64,000 nt of DNA from Candidatus Hydrothermarchaeum profundi (GCA_002011125.2 MTMF02000009.1:1544989-1608988); one strand, 5' to 3'. Shown: positions 9,411 through 20,140, counted from the stretch's first letter. Notes: a model not told the origin generated them from the letters alone. Numbers and translations: made by a program.

Positions 9411-10329
9411 TTCTGCGTAACAAGAAATATATTACTATAGGTAGGAGAGCTAGTCCCATGCCAAGTGAAAACTCTGGCACAGGAGGAGCTTGGAGATCAA
9501 ATTGATCATAAAACGTCCAAGTAGCTCCGCCGTCAGTAGACACATAAATAGTAGCTAATCCCGTAGCGGCTCCGGAAAGAGAACATCCTGTATCATAATC
9601 GGAGAAAGTCCCTGTAGCGCTAGCGGTTAAGCCAAGCTGAGTACAGATAGTAGATCCGTCAGAAGCATTTACCTTCATATCAATAACTTGGTTGCTCCTC
9701 CAGCCTGATCCACTTACATTTAACACTTCATTTGTATACCATGTACCTCCTGTGCTATTAGGTGGAGCAGGGTCTCTAGAATCATAGAGACTACCAAAGG
9801 TTACATTAACCCATATCTGAGTCACTCTATTTTCAGTCATGCCGCCGCTATTACTACTACGAGTACCGACTTGAAGGCTGTTGATGTCAGACCAAGTCCA
9901 GTTATTAAGGGTATTAGGATTAGTTGGCCAGCTCTCACTATACAAGACATAAGAAGTAGTGAGTGAATATTCTGTTCCGAGATACTGTGTTGCACCTGTA
10001 TAAATAAAAATAGTAGCCAATTCATTTCCGAGGGTTCTTAAATACTGATAGACAGTTACATTGGATATAAATCTAGTCTGGGTGGAATCCTCAATGTTTA
10101 GGTAGTAGTCACGATTTCCAGCGGAGGTAGTGTAGAGATATGTGGTATCGCCGTCTTGAACAGTTTCATTTACGCATTCATAATAACTCCCTGCCGTACA
10201 GCCAACTCCTCCTGACCATCCAAATGAAACTCCATCTGCATTAGGCCTAAGAGTTAACTCTTCAGCACCAACACCTTTTGGTAAAATAAAAATCATTATA
10301 AATACTAAAGCAAAAGCTAATTTTTTCAT
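9385..10329 (-). CDS. Secreted surface glycoprotein with PEF-CTERM sorting signal
   Basis: Signal peptide, Ser/Thr/Gly-rich body with N-x-S/T sequons, C-terminal VPEF + TM helix + RR. Confidence 0.85.
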   Translation of the reverse strand: MKKLAFALVFIMIFILPKGVGAEELTLRPNADGVSFGWSGGVGCTAGSYYECVNETVQDGDTTYLYTTSAGNRDYYLNIEDSTQTRFISNVTVYQYLRTLGNELATIFIYTGATQYLGTEYSLTTSYVLYSESWPTNPNTLNNWTWSDINSLQVGTRSSNSGGMTENRVTQIWVNVTFGSLYDSRDPAPPNSTGGTWYTNEVLNVSGSGWRSNQVIDMKVNASDGSTICTQLGLTASATGTFSDYDTGCSLSGAATGLATIYVSTDGGATWTFYDQFDLQAPPVPEFSLGMGLALLPIVIYFLLRRSVFKYASP

Positions 10330-10413
10330 TCTTTTTTAATTTTAATTTTTACTAATATTTATAAATATAAGCTGTGCTTTATATCTAAAATTAAGAAAGT
10401 CCGAGGTTGTAGG

Positions 10414-13400
10414 ATGCTTTTTAAGTCAAAAGAAAAGAAGAATTTTGGAATTAGTATGAGGAGGAGAATTACATTAAATGCAGGTATACTTTGTTTCATA
10501 TTGTTATTAATTATTCCCTTTGCTGTCTCCTCTAGCCCTCCAACTATCACCCTAATAAGCCCGGAAAATGGTACAAATTTTACAACTACGAATAATATTA
10601 CGTTTGTGATTACTGTTACTGATGACGAAAACTTAAAGAACATAACGCTCTACCATAATATTTCCGGGGAATTCAAGGAAAATCTTACAAAAAACTTTGG
10701 TGAATTTGAAAAAGATGACAATACGCTCCTACTTTGCCATTTTAATGAGAATTACACCTGCGTAGATGGAGAAGTTGGAGTCAATCTTTCAACTTCTTTT
10801 GCACCAGGTAAATTCTTAGAGGGAGTTCTTATTAATAACTCAGACAACTTAACGTATTCAACGAATGGAAATTTCAATAAAAGCCAAGGAACAATAGAAT
10901 TTTGGGTTCAACTAACAGCTAACGCTTCGGACATAACAGATGAAGCACATTTCTTTACAATCGGAGATCCGGCCGACCCTAACTACGCAAACATGTTCGA
11001 CATATACTTAACATTCGACTGGTCCTTATGGATTCCTTACATATACTTTAGTGTAACTGACTATACAGGCAGCTCAAAATACGTGAGACAATCTGTATCA
11101 AGTTGGAAAGCTGGCGAATGGCATCATATCATAGCTATATGGGACTTAGATAACAATGTCACACCTCTTGGCAGTCGGCTTGAGCTATTCTTAAACGGCT
11201 CTAACAAAGGAAACCAGCATTACTATGATACAAGCGATATATATCAAGACTCGACCCCACCTTACATATTTATTGGGAGCTGGGTAGACAGTACGTTGCA
11301 GGCAAACTCAGTTATAGATGAACTCCGTATATCCGACAAAATCAGAAACGCCTCAGAAATAAATCAATCCTATTACAACGGGATCAAAACATATACCAAT
11401 GAAACAATACGGTGGACAATAGAGAATATTCCAGATGGAAACTATATTTGGAATGCTATAACCTACGACAATGAGTCTAACTTTGATTGGGGAAATACAA
11501 ACTATTCGTTTACTGTAGATATAACGCCACCGACTATTACTAATGTTACTATAGCACCAAATACCTCCGACGATATTGACCCAGGAGTCACAATCAATAT
11601 AACAGCTAATGTCAGCGATAGGCATGGCGTAGGTACAGTGCTCCTTCAATGGAAAGAAACAGGAGATTGGAATAATGTTACTATGACCAATATAGGTGGA
11701 AACGGCTATAATGCTTCCTTTGATATAGACTCAACTGGTGGAGTGTACTATTATAGGATCTGGGCAAACGATACTTTTGGAAATTCTAATTACTCCTCCA
11801 CCAAGAACATAACAGCAGAATGGGACTACACATGGTTGAGAACTCCTTCTGACCTAGGGACAGTAAACGGCTCCATCTACTCCGAGAAGAGTATAGGAGT
11901 CTTTACAATAGAGAATACGGGGGATGATATTCTAAGCTTCCAGCTATCTAGCGATTGGCCCTGGGACATATCATATAACATAACATCTCCTTTTACACTT
12001 GGCGCAAAAGAATCAGTTAGTATAAATGTTACCATAAAATTCGCAGATAGAGACGAAGAAAGGGAGATGAAGATCAACATAACAGCGTCACACGGTACTG
12101 AAACACCCTCTCCTACGTCAGCAGTAGTAAATGCTACTATAATTACTTACAGTGGGGGACCTTTCTTAGTATTGGACATTACAGAATATTCGGCCTCAGT
12201 ATCACAGAGCCAGATTTTCAACTTAACTGCGAGATTGAAAAATCTAGGAAATGAAAGCGCCACTAACACATGGATAAACTGGACACTAGCAAGCGGATGG
12301 GAGAATATAACAGGAAACATTAATTACTCTATTGGAGATGTGAACAGCGGGAAAACAGTATTCAGCATTCTAACTACGACTGTGGATGCAAACTCAGGGG
12401 CACCGGGAATATATACTATAAACGTTAGTGCTAGTTGCGCCCAAGGCGTAAATGCCAGCGACTCAGTTGTAATCGCAGTAAGCTGTAACGACTCAGATAA
12501 CATCTGTGGCTATGGTTGCACATATTTAACAGATGACGATTGCTCACCTCCATCTAGAGGCGGAGGAGGAGGCAGAGCACCAGCACCACCACCTATAAAG
12601 ATAATCGAGGTTCCTCCCCCAACGTATAGTCCGACTCTACTGCAAAGAAAGCTACTCTTACAAAGTCTAGAAAGCTTTGAAATAGTTCGAGGGCAAACCA
12701 GTTCTTTCATTATAAATGTTACTAACCCCTTTCCAAACTCTACTTTAGAAAACATTACTATACTTATTGAGGGATTCATAGAAGGCTACCTTGAAGTAAA
12801 CCCGGTACCCGAAGAAAAATTAGGCATTATGTTAGCGACAGATGAAGCCGTCACAATACCCTATAACCACACTAGAAGCTTCGAGGTAGTCGTTACTGCA
12901 CCAACATACGCTGAAAAGGGAGAATACCCATTAAACATCACAATTCTCGGCAAGGTGGTCTATATTGATTACCCCGTCACAATAAATGAGACAAGCGGAG
13001 CACCAATAACCACGAAAAACTTTACGCTAGATATGATAGAAACAAAAGTAATCCGCCTATTTGTGCACGCAGTAAGCAGAGAAGATGCACTTACAGGAAT
13101 AAGTAAAGGCGAAACCGCAGTCAGATACCTAGAAAATGCAGGACTACCAATAAAGCGAGTAACAAGATTGATAGAAGAAGCGAGAAATGCTTTAGCTCAG
13201 GGAGATTATGAGAGAGCAAAAGAACTTGGAGACGAAATTGAAAGAATAAAAGACACAGCATTCTCGACAAAAGAAAAGATAGAGGAACTAAAAAGAAAAG
13301 TAGCTGAAGCCGAAAGCGATAAAGGATTAAAAGTAATCAAGACGAAAGAACTTATAGATCTCGCTATAGCAGCCTTTGAGAGAGAGGCTTATTCTACAGC

Positions 13401-13977
13401 CTTTGAGAGAGTACAAGAAGCTGAACTAGTTTACTCTCTCGAAACCAAAGGAAAAGTAAACTACGCTAAGTTCTTCTTAGACTACTGGTGGGCAATATTT
13501 ATGGCCGTAGGTATTATTCTCGCAGGAGGAGCAATAGGCTATAATAGATACCTCACATCAGTAATCTCTACCCGGATAGAAGAAATAGACCTTAAAGAAA
13601 AAGCTATCATAGACCATATGGTGGAGGCTCAAGAGAAATACTACTTAGACAGAATTATGAGCAGGTCAGAGTATGAGGACACAATGAATGAATATCGCAG
13701 AAGACTAGCTGACCTTAAACGAAAAAGAACACAGCTAAAAACCGAAAGGGCAAGATTGCTAACTCCTAAGAAAACTTTAGAGGACCTAATAAGAGAAGAG
13801 AAAATGCTTCATGATATGATTAAGGACATTCAAACACAGTACTATATGATGAAGGCAATGGGACCAGAGGAATACCGAGAAATACTTGAAGGACTCACAA
13901 TGAGACGAGCAGAAGTAGAAGAAGAGATAGCCCTCATGGAGGCTAAGGTAGCTAAAGAGGAGAGGAGCAAAAGATGA
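10414..13977 (+). CDS. Large cell-surface glycoprotein (LamG-like and Ig-like domains, Gly/Pro linker, helical stalk, TM, cytoplasmic coiled tail)
   Basis: Signal peptide, GTIEFWV..WHHIIAIW..IDELRIS LamG motifs, many sequons, GGGGG-PAPPP linker, TM near aa 1025-1045. Confidence 0.85.
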   Translation: MLFKSKEKKNFGISMRRRITLNAGILCFILLLIIPFAVSSSPPTITLISPENGTNFTTTNNITFVITVTDDENLKNITLYHNISGEFKENLTKNFGEFEKDDNTLLLCHFNENYTCVDGEVGVNLSTSFAPGKFLEGVLINNSDNLTYSTNGNFNKSQGTIEFWVQLTANASDITDEAHFFTIGDPADPNYANMFDIYLTFDWSLWIPYIYFSVTDYTGSSKYVRQSVSSWKAGEWHHIIAIWDLDNNVTPLGSRLELFLNGSNKGNQHYYDTSDIYQDSTPPYIFIGSWVDSTLQANSVIDELRISDKIRNASEINQSYYNGIKTYTNETIRWTIENIPDGNYIWNAITYDNESNFDWGNTNYSFTVDITPPTITNVTIAPNTSDDIDPGVTINITANVSDRHGVGTVLLQWKETGDWNNVTMTNIGGNGYNASFDIDSTGGVYYYRIWANDTFGNSNYSSTKNITAEWDYTWLRTPSDLGTVNGSIYSEKSIGVFTIENTGDDILSFQLSSDWPWDISYNITSPFTLGAKESVSINVTIKFADRDEEREMKINITASHGTETPSPTSAVVNATIITYSGGPFLVLDITEYSASVSQSQIFNLTARLKNLGNESATNTWINWTLASGWENITGNINYSIGDVNSGKTVFSILTTTVDANSGAPGIYTINVSASCAQGVNASDSVVIAVSCNDSDNICGYGCTYLTDDDCSPPSRGGGGGRAPAPPPIKIIEVPPPTYSPTLLQRKLLLQSLESFEIVRGQTSSFIINVTNPFPNSTLENITILIEGFIEGYLEVNPVPEEKLGIMLATDEAVTIPYNHTRSFEVVVTAPTYAEKGEYPLNITILGKVVYIDYPVTINETSGAPITTKNFTLDMIETKVIRLFVHAVSREDALTGISKGETAVRYLENAGLPIKRVTRLIEEARNALAQGDYERAKELGDEIERIKDTAFSTKEKIEELKRKVAEAESDKGLKVIKTKELIDLAIAAFEREAYSTAFERVQEAELVYSLETKGKVNYAKFFLDYWWAIFMAVGIILAGGAIGYNRYLTSVISTRIEEIDLKEKAIIDHMVEAQEKYYLDRIMSRSEYEDTMNEYRRRLADLKRKRTQLKTERARLLTPKKTLEDLIREEKMLHDMIKDIQTQYYMMKAMGPEEYREILEGLTMRRAEVEEEIALMEAKVAKEERSKR

Positions 13978-14753
13978 AGTATCTTGTAGCCCTACTAGTA
14001 ATATTTATCATAATCCCTAATGTATTTGCTCAAACCATAGCAGAAAATGCTGAAGAGGCCCTCAATAAAGCTAGAGAAGACATGCTAGAAATGGCTGGAC
14101 TCGGTTTTAGCATTGAATATGTTAATGACACTCTCCAAAAAGCAGAGAAAGCGATGGAAGAAGGAAACTATGAGCTAGTGATAGAAAATGCTAAAAAGAT
14201 AGCTGAGAGAAAGGAGGATGCACTACGCATAAGAGATTCTCTCAGAGCATTAGCACTCAGGATAACGGAAGTCAAGAATCTCGGTCTAAACACAAGCCGG
14301 GCAGAGGAATACTTTGAGAAAGCCGAGAGATCCTTTCAAAGGGAAAACTACGATGAAGCAGAAGACTGGATTTTCCAAGCAAATAAGTATCTTTATGATG
14401 TCGAGGCAGAATACACCTTACTTAGAGCCAGATATGATGCCGCAAAGGAAAACATATCTGTGTTCTTAAGCGAGAACGGGGGGAAGATTATCTTAGCTCT
14501 CATTATAGTGAGTACAATAACATTAGTATCTTACAGGTATATCCGGCGAGAGCGAAGCGAGAAAAAATTAAAAGACTTAGAACTGGAAAAAGAAGTCATT
14601 AAAGAGATGATAAAAAAGACCCAAGAAAAATATTTCAAAAAAGGAGAGATATCCCGCAATAGCTACGAAGCTAGGATAAAGAAATATAGGGAAAGGCTAC
14701 GAGAGATAGAAGAGGAAGTCCCAATATTAAAGAAACAACTAGGGCTAGCGTAA
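13974..14753 (+). CDS. Membrane protein with helical ectodomain and SHOCT-like cytoplasmic tail
   Basis: Signal peptide, TM helix, EKYFKKGEISRNSY motif; ATGA overlap with the upstream gene and similar to its C-terminal part. Confidence 0.8.
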   Translation: MKYLVALLVIFIIIPNVFAQTIAENAEEALNKAREDMLEMAGLGFSIEYVNDTLQKAEKAMEEGNYELVIENAKKIAERKEDALRIRDSLRALALRITEVKNLGLNTSRAEEYFEKAERSFQRENYDEAEDWIFQANKYLYDVEAEYTLLRARYDAAKENISVFLSENGGKIILALIIVSTITLVSYRYIRRERSEKKLKDLELEKEVIKEMIKKTQEKYFKKGEISRNSYEARIKKYRERLREIEEEVPILKKQLGLA

Positions 14754-14771
14754 AGAATCCTTTTTCGATCC

Positions 14772-15506
14772 TTAGAATTCTCCGAAAACCTTCTGCGTGG
14801 GATAGACTACGATGCCTTTCTGGCTTATAATTTCCATAGGAACTATCTTTCTCTGAAATTTAGCTCCTCTCATCTTTAAGACTTCTATAGCGCTTTCTCG
14901 TCTCTCTCCCTTCCTTATATTGTATAAAACAATCACGCCGTCAGCTAAGAACTCTTCCACGCCGCTCCTACTATACCTTGTAGGATCGGTCTCTGTCTCA
15001 GTTATCAAGAATGATGTAGCATTCAGGCTTTCTAGATATCTAAAAAGTTGCTCTGCATACATCCTATAATTCCTTTCATTACCATAAAAAGCGGTAGAAA
15101 TCGATGACAGCGAATCAATCACTATCCGATCGGGCTTAAAGCCTTCTGGAAGGAAGACAGGATCTGCTTCAATTAGAAGCTCTTTTCTAGCTTTTTCAAG
15201 CAAAGCTTCCACTGTTCTACTAACCTCCAAAGGATCATAGCGCTTTATTACAAGGAGTCCTTTCTCCTCCAACTCTTCCGGATTCCAGCCGAAATCACGC
15301 ATATGCATTCTAAGCTTTTCCTCAGACTCCTCAAAACTCATGTACAGACATTTCTCGCCCTGTAATGCTGCATAATTCAATGTCTGAAGACAAAAAATTG
15401 TTTTACCGCTTCCAGGACCGCCTGCAACTAGAACGGATACTCCTTTAGGTATCCCCTTCTCAAAAAGTTCATCAAACCCAGGTACACCTGTTTTTATCCA
15501 ATCCAT
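14772..15506 (-). CDS. Single-domain KaiC/RAD55-family ATPase with intact motifs
   Basis: KTGVPGFDEL, GGPGSGKT, SFEES, IDSLS, EEFLADGVI, LKMRG. Confidence 0.92.
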   Translation of the reverse strand: MDWIKTGVPGFDELFEKGIPKGVSVLVAGGPGSGKTIFCLQTLNYAALQGEKCLYMSFEESEEKLRMHMRDFGWNPEELEEKGLLVIKRYDPLEVSRTVEALLEKARKELLIEADPVFLPEGFKPDRIVIDSLSSISTAFYGNERNYRMYAEQLFRYLESLNATSFLITETETDPTRYSRSGVEEFLADGVIVLYNIRKGERRESAIEVLKMRGAKFQRKIVPMEIISQKGIVVYPTQKVFGEF

Positions 15507-15541
15507 ATTTATTAAAAATCATACTTTATTTAAATCCTTTT

Positions 15542-16258
15542 CTACACCCAGCTCAATATCAAAGCAACTTGCGTAAATACCATAGCGATGAATATAATAA
15601 ATAATATAACCGAAACCCTAGTAAACCGTCTCCTAAGTCTACCAAGGATATGACGAGAATTCGTAAACGGTTCGGTAACCTCGACATGTATGAGTATTCC
15701 TATAAGCACGAGAGAAAATATAACTCCGACATTTATTATGTGTCTTGCCCCAAAAGCATCACTATAATAAGCCATCGATGTTATAGTAGTAGTGGTGGTA
15801 GTAGTGGTAGTAGAAACCATACCAGCCATAGAGGTCGAAAAGGAGGCAAACGATACAAAAGACGTCCAAACATGAGGATGGTATGGAGGCACTGAGATTA
15901 CCTTTTCAAAAGATTCCTCTGAATTCTCTGCTAGCAATGTAAAAGTAATCTGATCTCCCAATTTCACAGAGTCTGGATAGACATATCTGTAATCCCTTCC
16001 TGAGAAAGGTTCGAGAAGAACCTCGCCTTCTACAACTTTTTTTCCATTAGCAAAAAGTTTGAAGCTGTAAGGAACTGGATTTAGTTCATAGTTCTTAAGT
16101 TTAAAAGCGACTGTAATAGGCATTCCATCAGTTGGTACTTGTGGAAAAGTCATTATGCTTACCGGCTCCGCGAAATCATAAAGACTTACAGAAAAAATGC
16201 TTAAGATGCCTATAACAAGCCACAGCCCAGCAATCCTAAACAGTAGCTTTCTTGTCAT
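15542..16258 (-). CDS. Hypothetical membrane protein with Ig-like domain and poly-Thr tract
   Basis: N-terminal TM, beta domain, STTTTTTTTTITS, two C-terminal TM helices; GGAGGAGG RBS. Confidence 0.75.
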   Translation of the reverse strand: MTRKLLFRIAGLWLVIGILSIFSVSLYDFAEPVSIMTFPQVPTDGMPITVAFKLKNYELNPVPYSFKLFANGKKVVEGEVLLEPFSGRDYRYVYPDSVKLGDQITFTLLAENSEESFEKVISVPPYHPHVWTSFVSFASFSTSMAGMVSTTTTTTTTTITSMAYYSDAFGARHIINVGVIFSLVLIGILIHVEVTEPFTNSRHILGRLRRRFTRVSVILFIIFIAMVFTQVALILSWV

Positions 16259-16413
16259 TCAGCCTCCTCCAAAAGCCCTTTATTTCTTAGCTCTTCAAAG
16301 ACTTCTAAAATTAGGCTTGCTGGAATTCCCATTTCCTCAGCTAAATCTGATGGGCTTACTTCTGCTTTCTCTGATAGTATCATTAACACTAAATCTTCTA
16401 AGCTTTTTGCCAT
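16255..16413 (-). CDS. Small winged-HTH protein, 52 aa (not in ORF track)
   Basis: Manual translation MAKSLEDLVLMILSEKAEVSPSDLAEEMGIPASLILEVFEELRNKGLLEEAE; stop overlaps the next ATG (ATGA); TATA box at 16445-16451. Confidence 0.82.
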   Translation of the reverse strand: MAKSLEDLVLMILSEKAEVSPSDLAEEMGIPASLILEVFEELRNKGLLEEAE

Positions 16414-16460
16414 TAGTCTTCGTATATCTTTTTAGAAATTAACGTATATAAGCTTTATTT

Positions 16461-16476
16461 TGCAAAATATTACACA
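16461..16476. promoter_or_regulatory. Imperfect TGTGA-N6-TCACA-type palindrome 9 nt upstream of a minus-strand TATA box
   Basis: TGCAA-AATATT-ACACA; same spacing to TATA as the site at 24142-24157. Confidence 0.5.
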
Positions 16477-16606
16477 TATATCCTATTTTTTAAAAAATGA
16501 TTTAGAATCGAATCGATTTATTCAAAAGAATTTCACAGACCCCTAGAATTATGTGAAAAAAAATTCACAAAAACTAGAAACTAAATAGCTGTCTCCTTTT
16601 CAATTG

Positions 16607-17260
16607 CTACGCTATCTTCTCAAGAGTCTTTAAAGCCTCAGCTACCTTTCTTCCTTTCTCGCTAAGAGTATATTTTTTCTTAGAATCCTGCTGGACGATG
16701 CCTGCCTCCTTAAGTTTTCTCAAATGAAAGCTCAGCTTTGTATGATCTCCTACGCCCAATTCCTCAAATATACCCATAAAACTCGATTTACCTTGAAGGA
16801 GAAGATACTCTATAGCAGCTCTTCTAATAGGATTAGATAATGATGAGGCAATTTCCTGTATACTAGACTCCTTAGAAGTTGAAAGCCTCTCGCTGAACTT
16901 GGCCTCCTCCAATGCTCTTCGTACTGCAACTTGTACTTCGTTAAGCTTAAAAGGCTTTGAGATATAATCGCTAGCCCCTATCTTCATGGCTTCAACTGCG
17001 CTCTCGATCGTAGCGAAGGCGGTGATTACTATAACTCTTGTCTTTGGTTTAATTTTCATTACCTCCCTAAGAACATCCATACCGCTTATACCCGGCATCA
17101 TCAAATCTGTCAATACCACATCAAAATCTCTCTCCCGAATAAACTCCAATGCCTCTTCACCAGAACTAGCCGTTGTAATATTATATCCCTCACTTCTAAG
17201 CATCTCAGCAATATCATCCCGCATCTGAGGATCATCATCAACCACGAGTATCTCCGCCAT
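16607..17260 (-). CDS. Response regulator, REC plus ArsR-like winged HTH
   Basis: VVDDD, LTDLMMPG, ITAF, SKPF; C-terminal LSNPIRR..LSFHLRKLKEAGIV. Confidence 0.9.
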   Translation of the reverse strand: MAEILVVDDDPQMRDDIAEMLRSEGYNITTASSGEEALEFIRERDFDVVLTDLMMPGISGMDVLREVMKIKPKTRVIVITAFATIESAVEAMKIGASDYISKPFKLNEVQVAVRRALEEAKFSERLSTSKESSIQEIASSLSNPIRRAAIEYLLLQGKSSFMGIFEELGVGDHTKLSFHLRKLKEAGIVQQDSKKKYTLSEKGRKVAEALKTLEKIA

Positions 17261-17263
17261 TTT

Positions 17264-19033
17264 TTATCCCTCTGCTGGCAGTTTAATAATAAATATTGTG
17301 CCTTTATTAACTTCACTCTCAACTTCAATCTTTCCTTTATGTGCATCCACTATCTTATAGCTTATCGATAAACCTAAGCCCGTCCCTCTTCCTACCTTGC
17401 GTGTAGTGAAGAACGGATCAAAAATCCTGCTAAGGTCCTCTTTTCTTATCCCCACACCTGTATCAGCTATTCGTATCTCTACTATGTTTCTATAAAATCT
17501 TGTTACTAAAGTTAATGTCCCTCCATTTGGCATAGCTTGACAAGCATTAGTTATAATATTTACAAAGACCTGTTGAAGCTGAATGGGATCCGCAAGTATT
17601 TCTGGAAGTTGCTTATCGTAGTCTTTTACTACTTTAACTTTTTTTAGCTCGTGTTTTGTAAGCTCTAAACTTCGATCAAGCAACAAGTTTACGTCAATAT
17701 ACTCCGGGTGGAACTCTGGTGCTCTTGAAAAGTCAAGTAAATTTCTGACAATCCTTGAAGCCCTCTGAACATTCTCCTCTATAACCTCCAATCTCTTAGC
17801 ATATTTCCCATTAACTTCTCTCATAAGCATCTGAGCGTTATTAGAAATATTCGTGAGAGGATTGTTTATTTCATGCGCTACACCTGCTGCAAGTTGCCCG
17901 AGAGAAGCTAGTTTCTCAGACTGAACTAACTGCCTTTGGCTCTCCTCTAAACTTTTAACCATCGAATTAAAAGCCGCCGCTAACTCTCCAATCTCGTCCT
18001 TAGACTTTACATTAAACCTGTATCTAAGGTTCCCTTTCCCAACCTCCTTAACGCCCTCAACAAGCTCCATTATCGGCTTTGTAATAGTAGATGTCAATAC
18101 AGGTATTAAAGCGAGCAGAGCAATGGTCAAAAACACGCCCATTTTAATCAGATTTTCCTTAAGCGAATTCGCAGGGGCAAAGGCTTCATCAGTAGCCATC
18201 TCAGCTAAGATGCACAGCTCTCTCTCAGGAAGCCACCTAAATGAGCCTAGTACCGATATTCCCTGGTGATTCTCATATATGCTCTGGCCACTATTGCCTT
18301 TAAGGCAGTTGTCTATCCCATAGCTATGAATTTCGCTAGTCAGCGGCCTACCAGATTTAAATTTAGGCTCAGATATTAGGTAATGATACTTGTTAACTAA
18401 ATATATCACCCCGGTTTCTCCGATTAAGGTCTTCTTGCGAGTTAGCTCATCAAGCATTTGAAGATCTAAGTCCGCAGCTATAACTCCTAAGGTTACTCCA
18501 TTACTATCAGCAAGGGGGGAAGCTATAACCATCGTGGGACTGCTTCCTTCTCTAGGAATAAAAATATTCTGAACATATGCCTCCTTTAGCCCCCAAATAA
18601 AATAAGGGTAGTTGGATATGTTTCTACCCTCCTCATTTTCAGAGGTAGATAATAATACTACGCCATCACGTCCTATCAGTGATATCCCATCAATGCCTGG
18701 CTGGGACTCAACGGTCCCACTAAAAAGATCCTTAACTTCTTCATAGGCTCTCATATATACGGGATCTGCTTTAATACGTGAAGTGGCTAAAATTGGAGCG
18801 TTCTTCTCCAATATCGGCGAGAAAGTAAGGAGTCTTAATGCATCTATATTCTTTCCAAGCCAGAGGTCCAATTCGCCCTCTTGCATCTGAGTAGCGGTAT
18901 CTAGGTAACTAAAGGTTTGTCTTTCTATTGCTTCCTTTCCATTTTCATATAATGCGTATCCTACAATGCTTAAAGGGAGTATAGATAAGCTTAAAAAATA
19001 TAACACAAGCTTAGATGTAAGCGAGATTTTCAT
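17264..19033 (-). CDS. Membrane sensor histidine kinase (Cache-HAMP-HisKA-HATPase, NtrB-like)
   Basis: [50 protein letters not shown]. Confidence 0.94.
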   Translation of the reverse strand: MKISLTSKLVLYFLSLSILPLSIVGYALYENGKEAIERQTFSYLDTATQMQEGELDLWLGKNIDALRLLTFSPILEKNAPILATSRIKADPVYMRAYEEVKDLFSGTVESQPGIDGISLIGRDGVVLLSTSENEEGRNISNYPYFIWGLKEAYVQNIFIPREGSSPTMVIASPLADSNGVTLGVIAADLDLQMLDELTRKKTLIGETGVIYLVNKYHYLISEPKFKSGRPLTSEIHSYGIDNCLKGNSGQSIYENHQGISVLGSFRWLPERELCILAEMATDEAFAPANSLKENLIKMGVFLTIALLALIPVLTSTITKPIMELVEGVKEVGKGNLRYRFNVKSKDEIGELAAAFNSMVKSLEESQRQLVQSEKLASLGQLAAGVAHEINNPLTNISNNAQMLMREVNGKYAKRLEVIEENVQRASRIVRNLLDFSRAPEFHPEYIDVNLLLDRSLELTKHELKKVKVVKDYDKQLPEILADPIQLQQVFVNIITNACQAMPNGGTLTLVTRFYRNIVEIRIADTGVGIRKEDLSRIFDPFFTTRKVGRGTGLGLSISYKIVDAHKGKIEVESEVNKGTIFIIKLPAEG

Positions 19034-19045
19034 AGAACCCCCTCC

Positions 19046-20119
19046 TCAGGTACTGTCGCCTCCGGACTTCTCAAATCTTGCTATATCTTCTATACATTTT
19101 TTAAGGTCTGCAGAAAATTTTTCCTTTAAATTCTTATATGTCTCCTCGCTAATTTGCCCATCTATAAAGCGCTTTTCCAGCTTTTCCAGCGCCGTCTCAA
19201 TAACCTTCCTATTCGCACGGAGAACTACTAGCGGAGTAGGAGACGGCTGAAATTCCGGCTCCTCTTCCATGATAGGCTGCTCAACTTCTTTCCGCTTCTC
19301 CTCTATCTCTTTCTTTATTTCTTCCTTTTTCTCCTCAATAAGTTCTTCCAACTTCGTTTTTCTTTTCCTAACTCTAAAGAAGTCTCTTATTCTCCCTAAA
19401 ATTCCCGGTTTATATTCATACTCCAATATCCCAGCAATTCTAGCTCCAAGCCTCTTAAACTCTATCGCAGAGCCAGAATAAGGTTTATAAAATATAACAG
19501 GCACCCCCTCAGCAATAGCTTCTCTGACCTTGGGATCTTCAGGCACTGCCGCTAATATAGGTATATCGAATATGTCCCGGACCTCTTCATAGGGAAGCTC
19601 TCCTTTTTCATTTCTAATTCTGTTTAATACTACTCCCATTACTGGAACGTTTTTAAGCCGGCATAATTCAACAGCTCTTAATGCCTCAGTTACTGCCGGA
19701 ATCTCCGGATTAGTGACCACAAGCACTTCATCAGAAATCTCTAGAGTAGGATATATTTCTTTACCAAGACCAGGTGATGAGTCCACTAAAACAAACTCCT
19801 CATAAAGACGAAACAATGAAGATTTGATATTAGCGAGAGACACATCAGGGATATTCAGGGATATAGGCGCTGGAATTATCCTTAACCCATTAGGACATTC
19901 GCATATAGTTTTTTCTATAGGAACCTCACCGTTTAGAACATCTATTAAGTCATAGGGAGAACTATATACGCCGCATTGTAATCCCAGATTTGGGCCACTT
20001 ATATTGCCATCTATCGCGATAACCCTCTTCTTAAATAATGTCAAAGCCGCGCACAGATTAGCCACTGTAGTAGTTTTACCGACTCCGCCTTTCCCAGAAA
20101 TTACCGATATCACTTTCAT
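19046..20119 (-). CDS. minD: MinD-family ATPase with C-terminal coiled coil and SHOCT-like extension
   Basis: SGKGGVGKTT, VDSSPGLG, GVVLNRI; amphipathic GILGRIRDFFR followed by a ~110 aa extension. Confidence 0.88.
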   Translation of the reverse strand: MKVISVISGKGGVGKTTTVANLCAALTLFKKRVIAIDGNISGPNLGLQCGVYSSPYDLIDVLNGEVPIEKTICECPNGLRIIPAPISLNIPDVSLANIKSSLFRLYEEFVLVDSSPGLGKEIYPTLEISDEVLVVTNPEIPAVTEALRAVELCRLKNVPVMGVVLNRIRNEKGELPYEEVRDIFDIPILAAVPEDPKVREAIAEGVPVIFYKPYSGSAIEFKRLGARIAGILEYEYKPGILGRIRDFFRVRKRKTKLEELIEEKKEEIKKEIEEKRKEVEQPIMEEEPEFQPSPTPLVVLRANRKVIETALEKLEKRFIDGQISEETYKNLKEKFSADLKKCIEDIARFEKSGGDST

Positions 20120-20140
20120 AAATTTCTCCTCTCACCAAGT

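Noticed and set aside
8380-15506. Circadian KaiABC clock
   Set aside because: Both ATPases are single-domain and no kaiA or kaiB is present
15783-15813. GTA/GTG trinucleotide run as a phase-variable microsatellite
   Set aside because: Mixed ACT/ACC codons encoding a poly-Thr linker; in frame and imperfect
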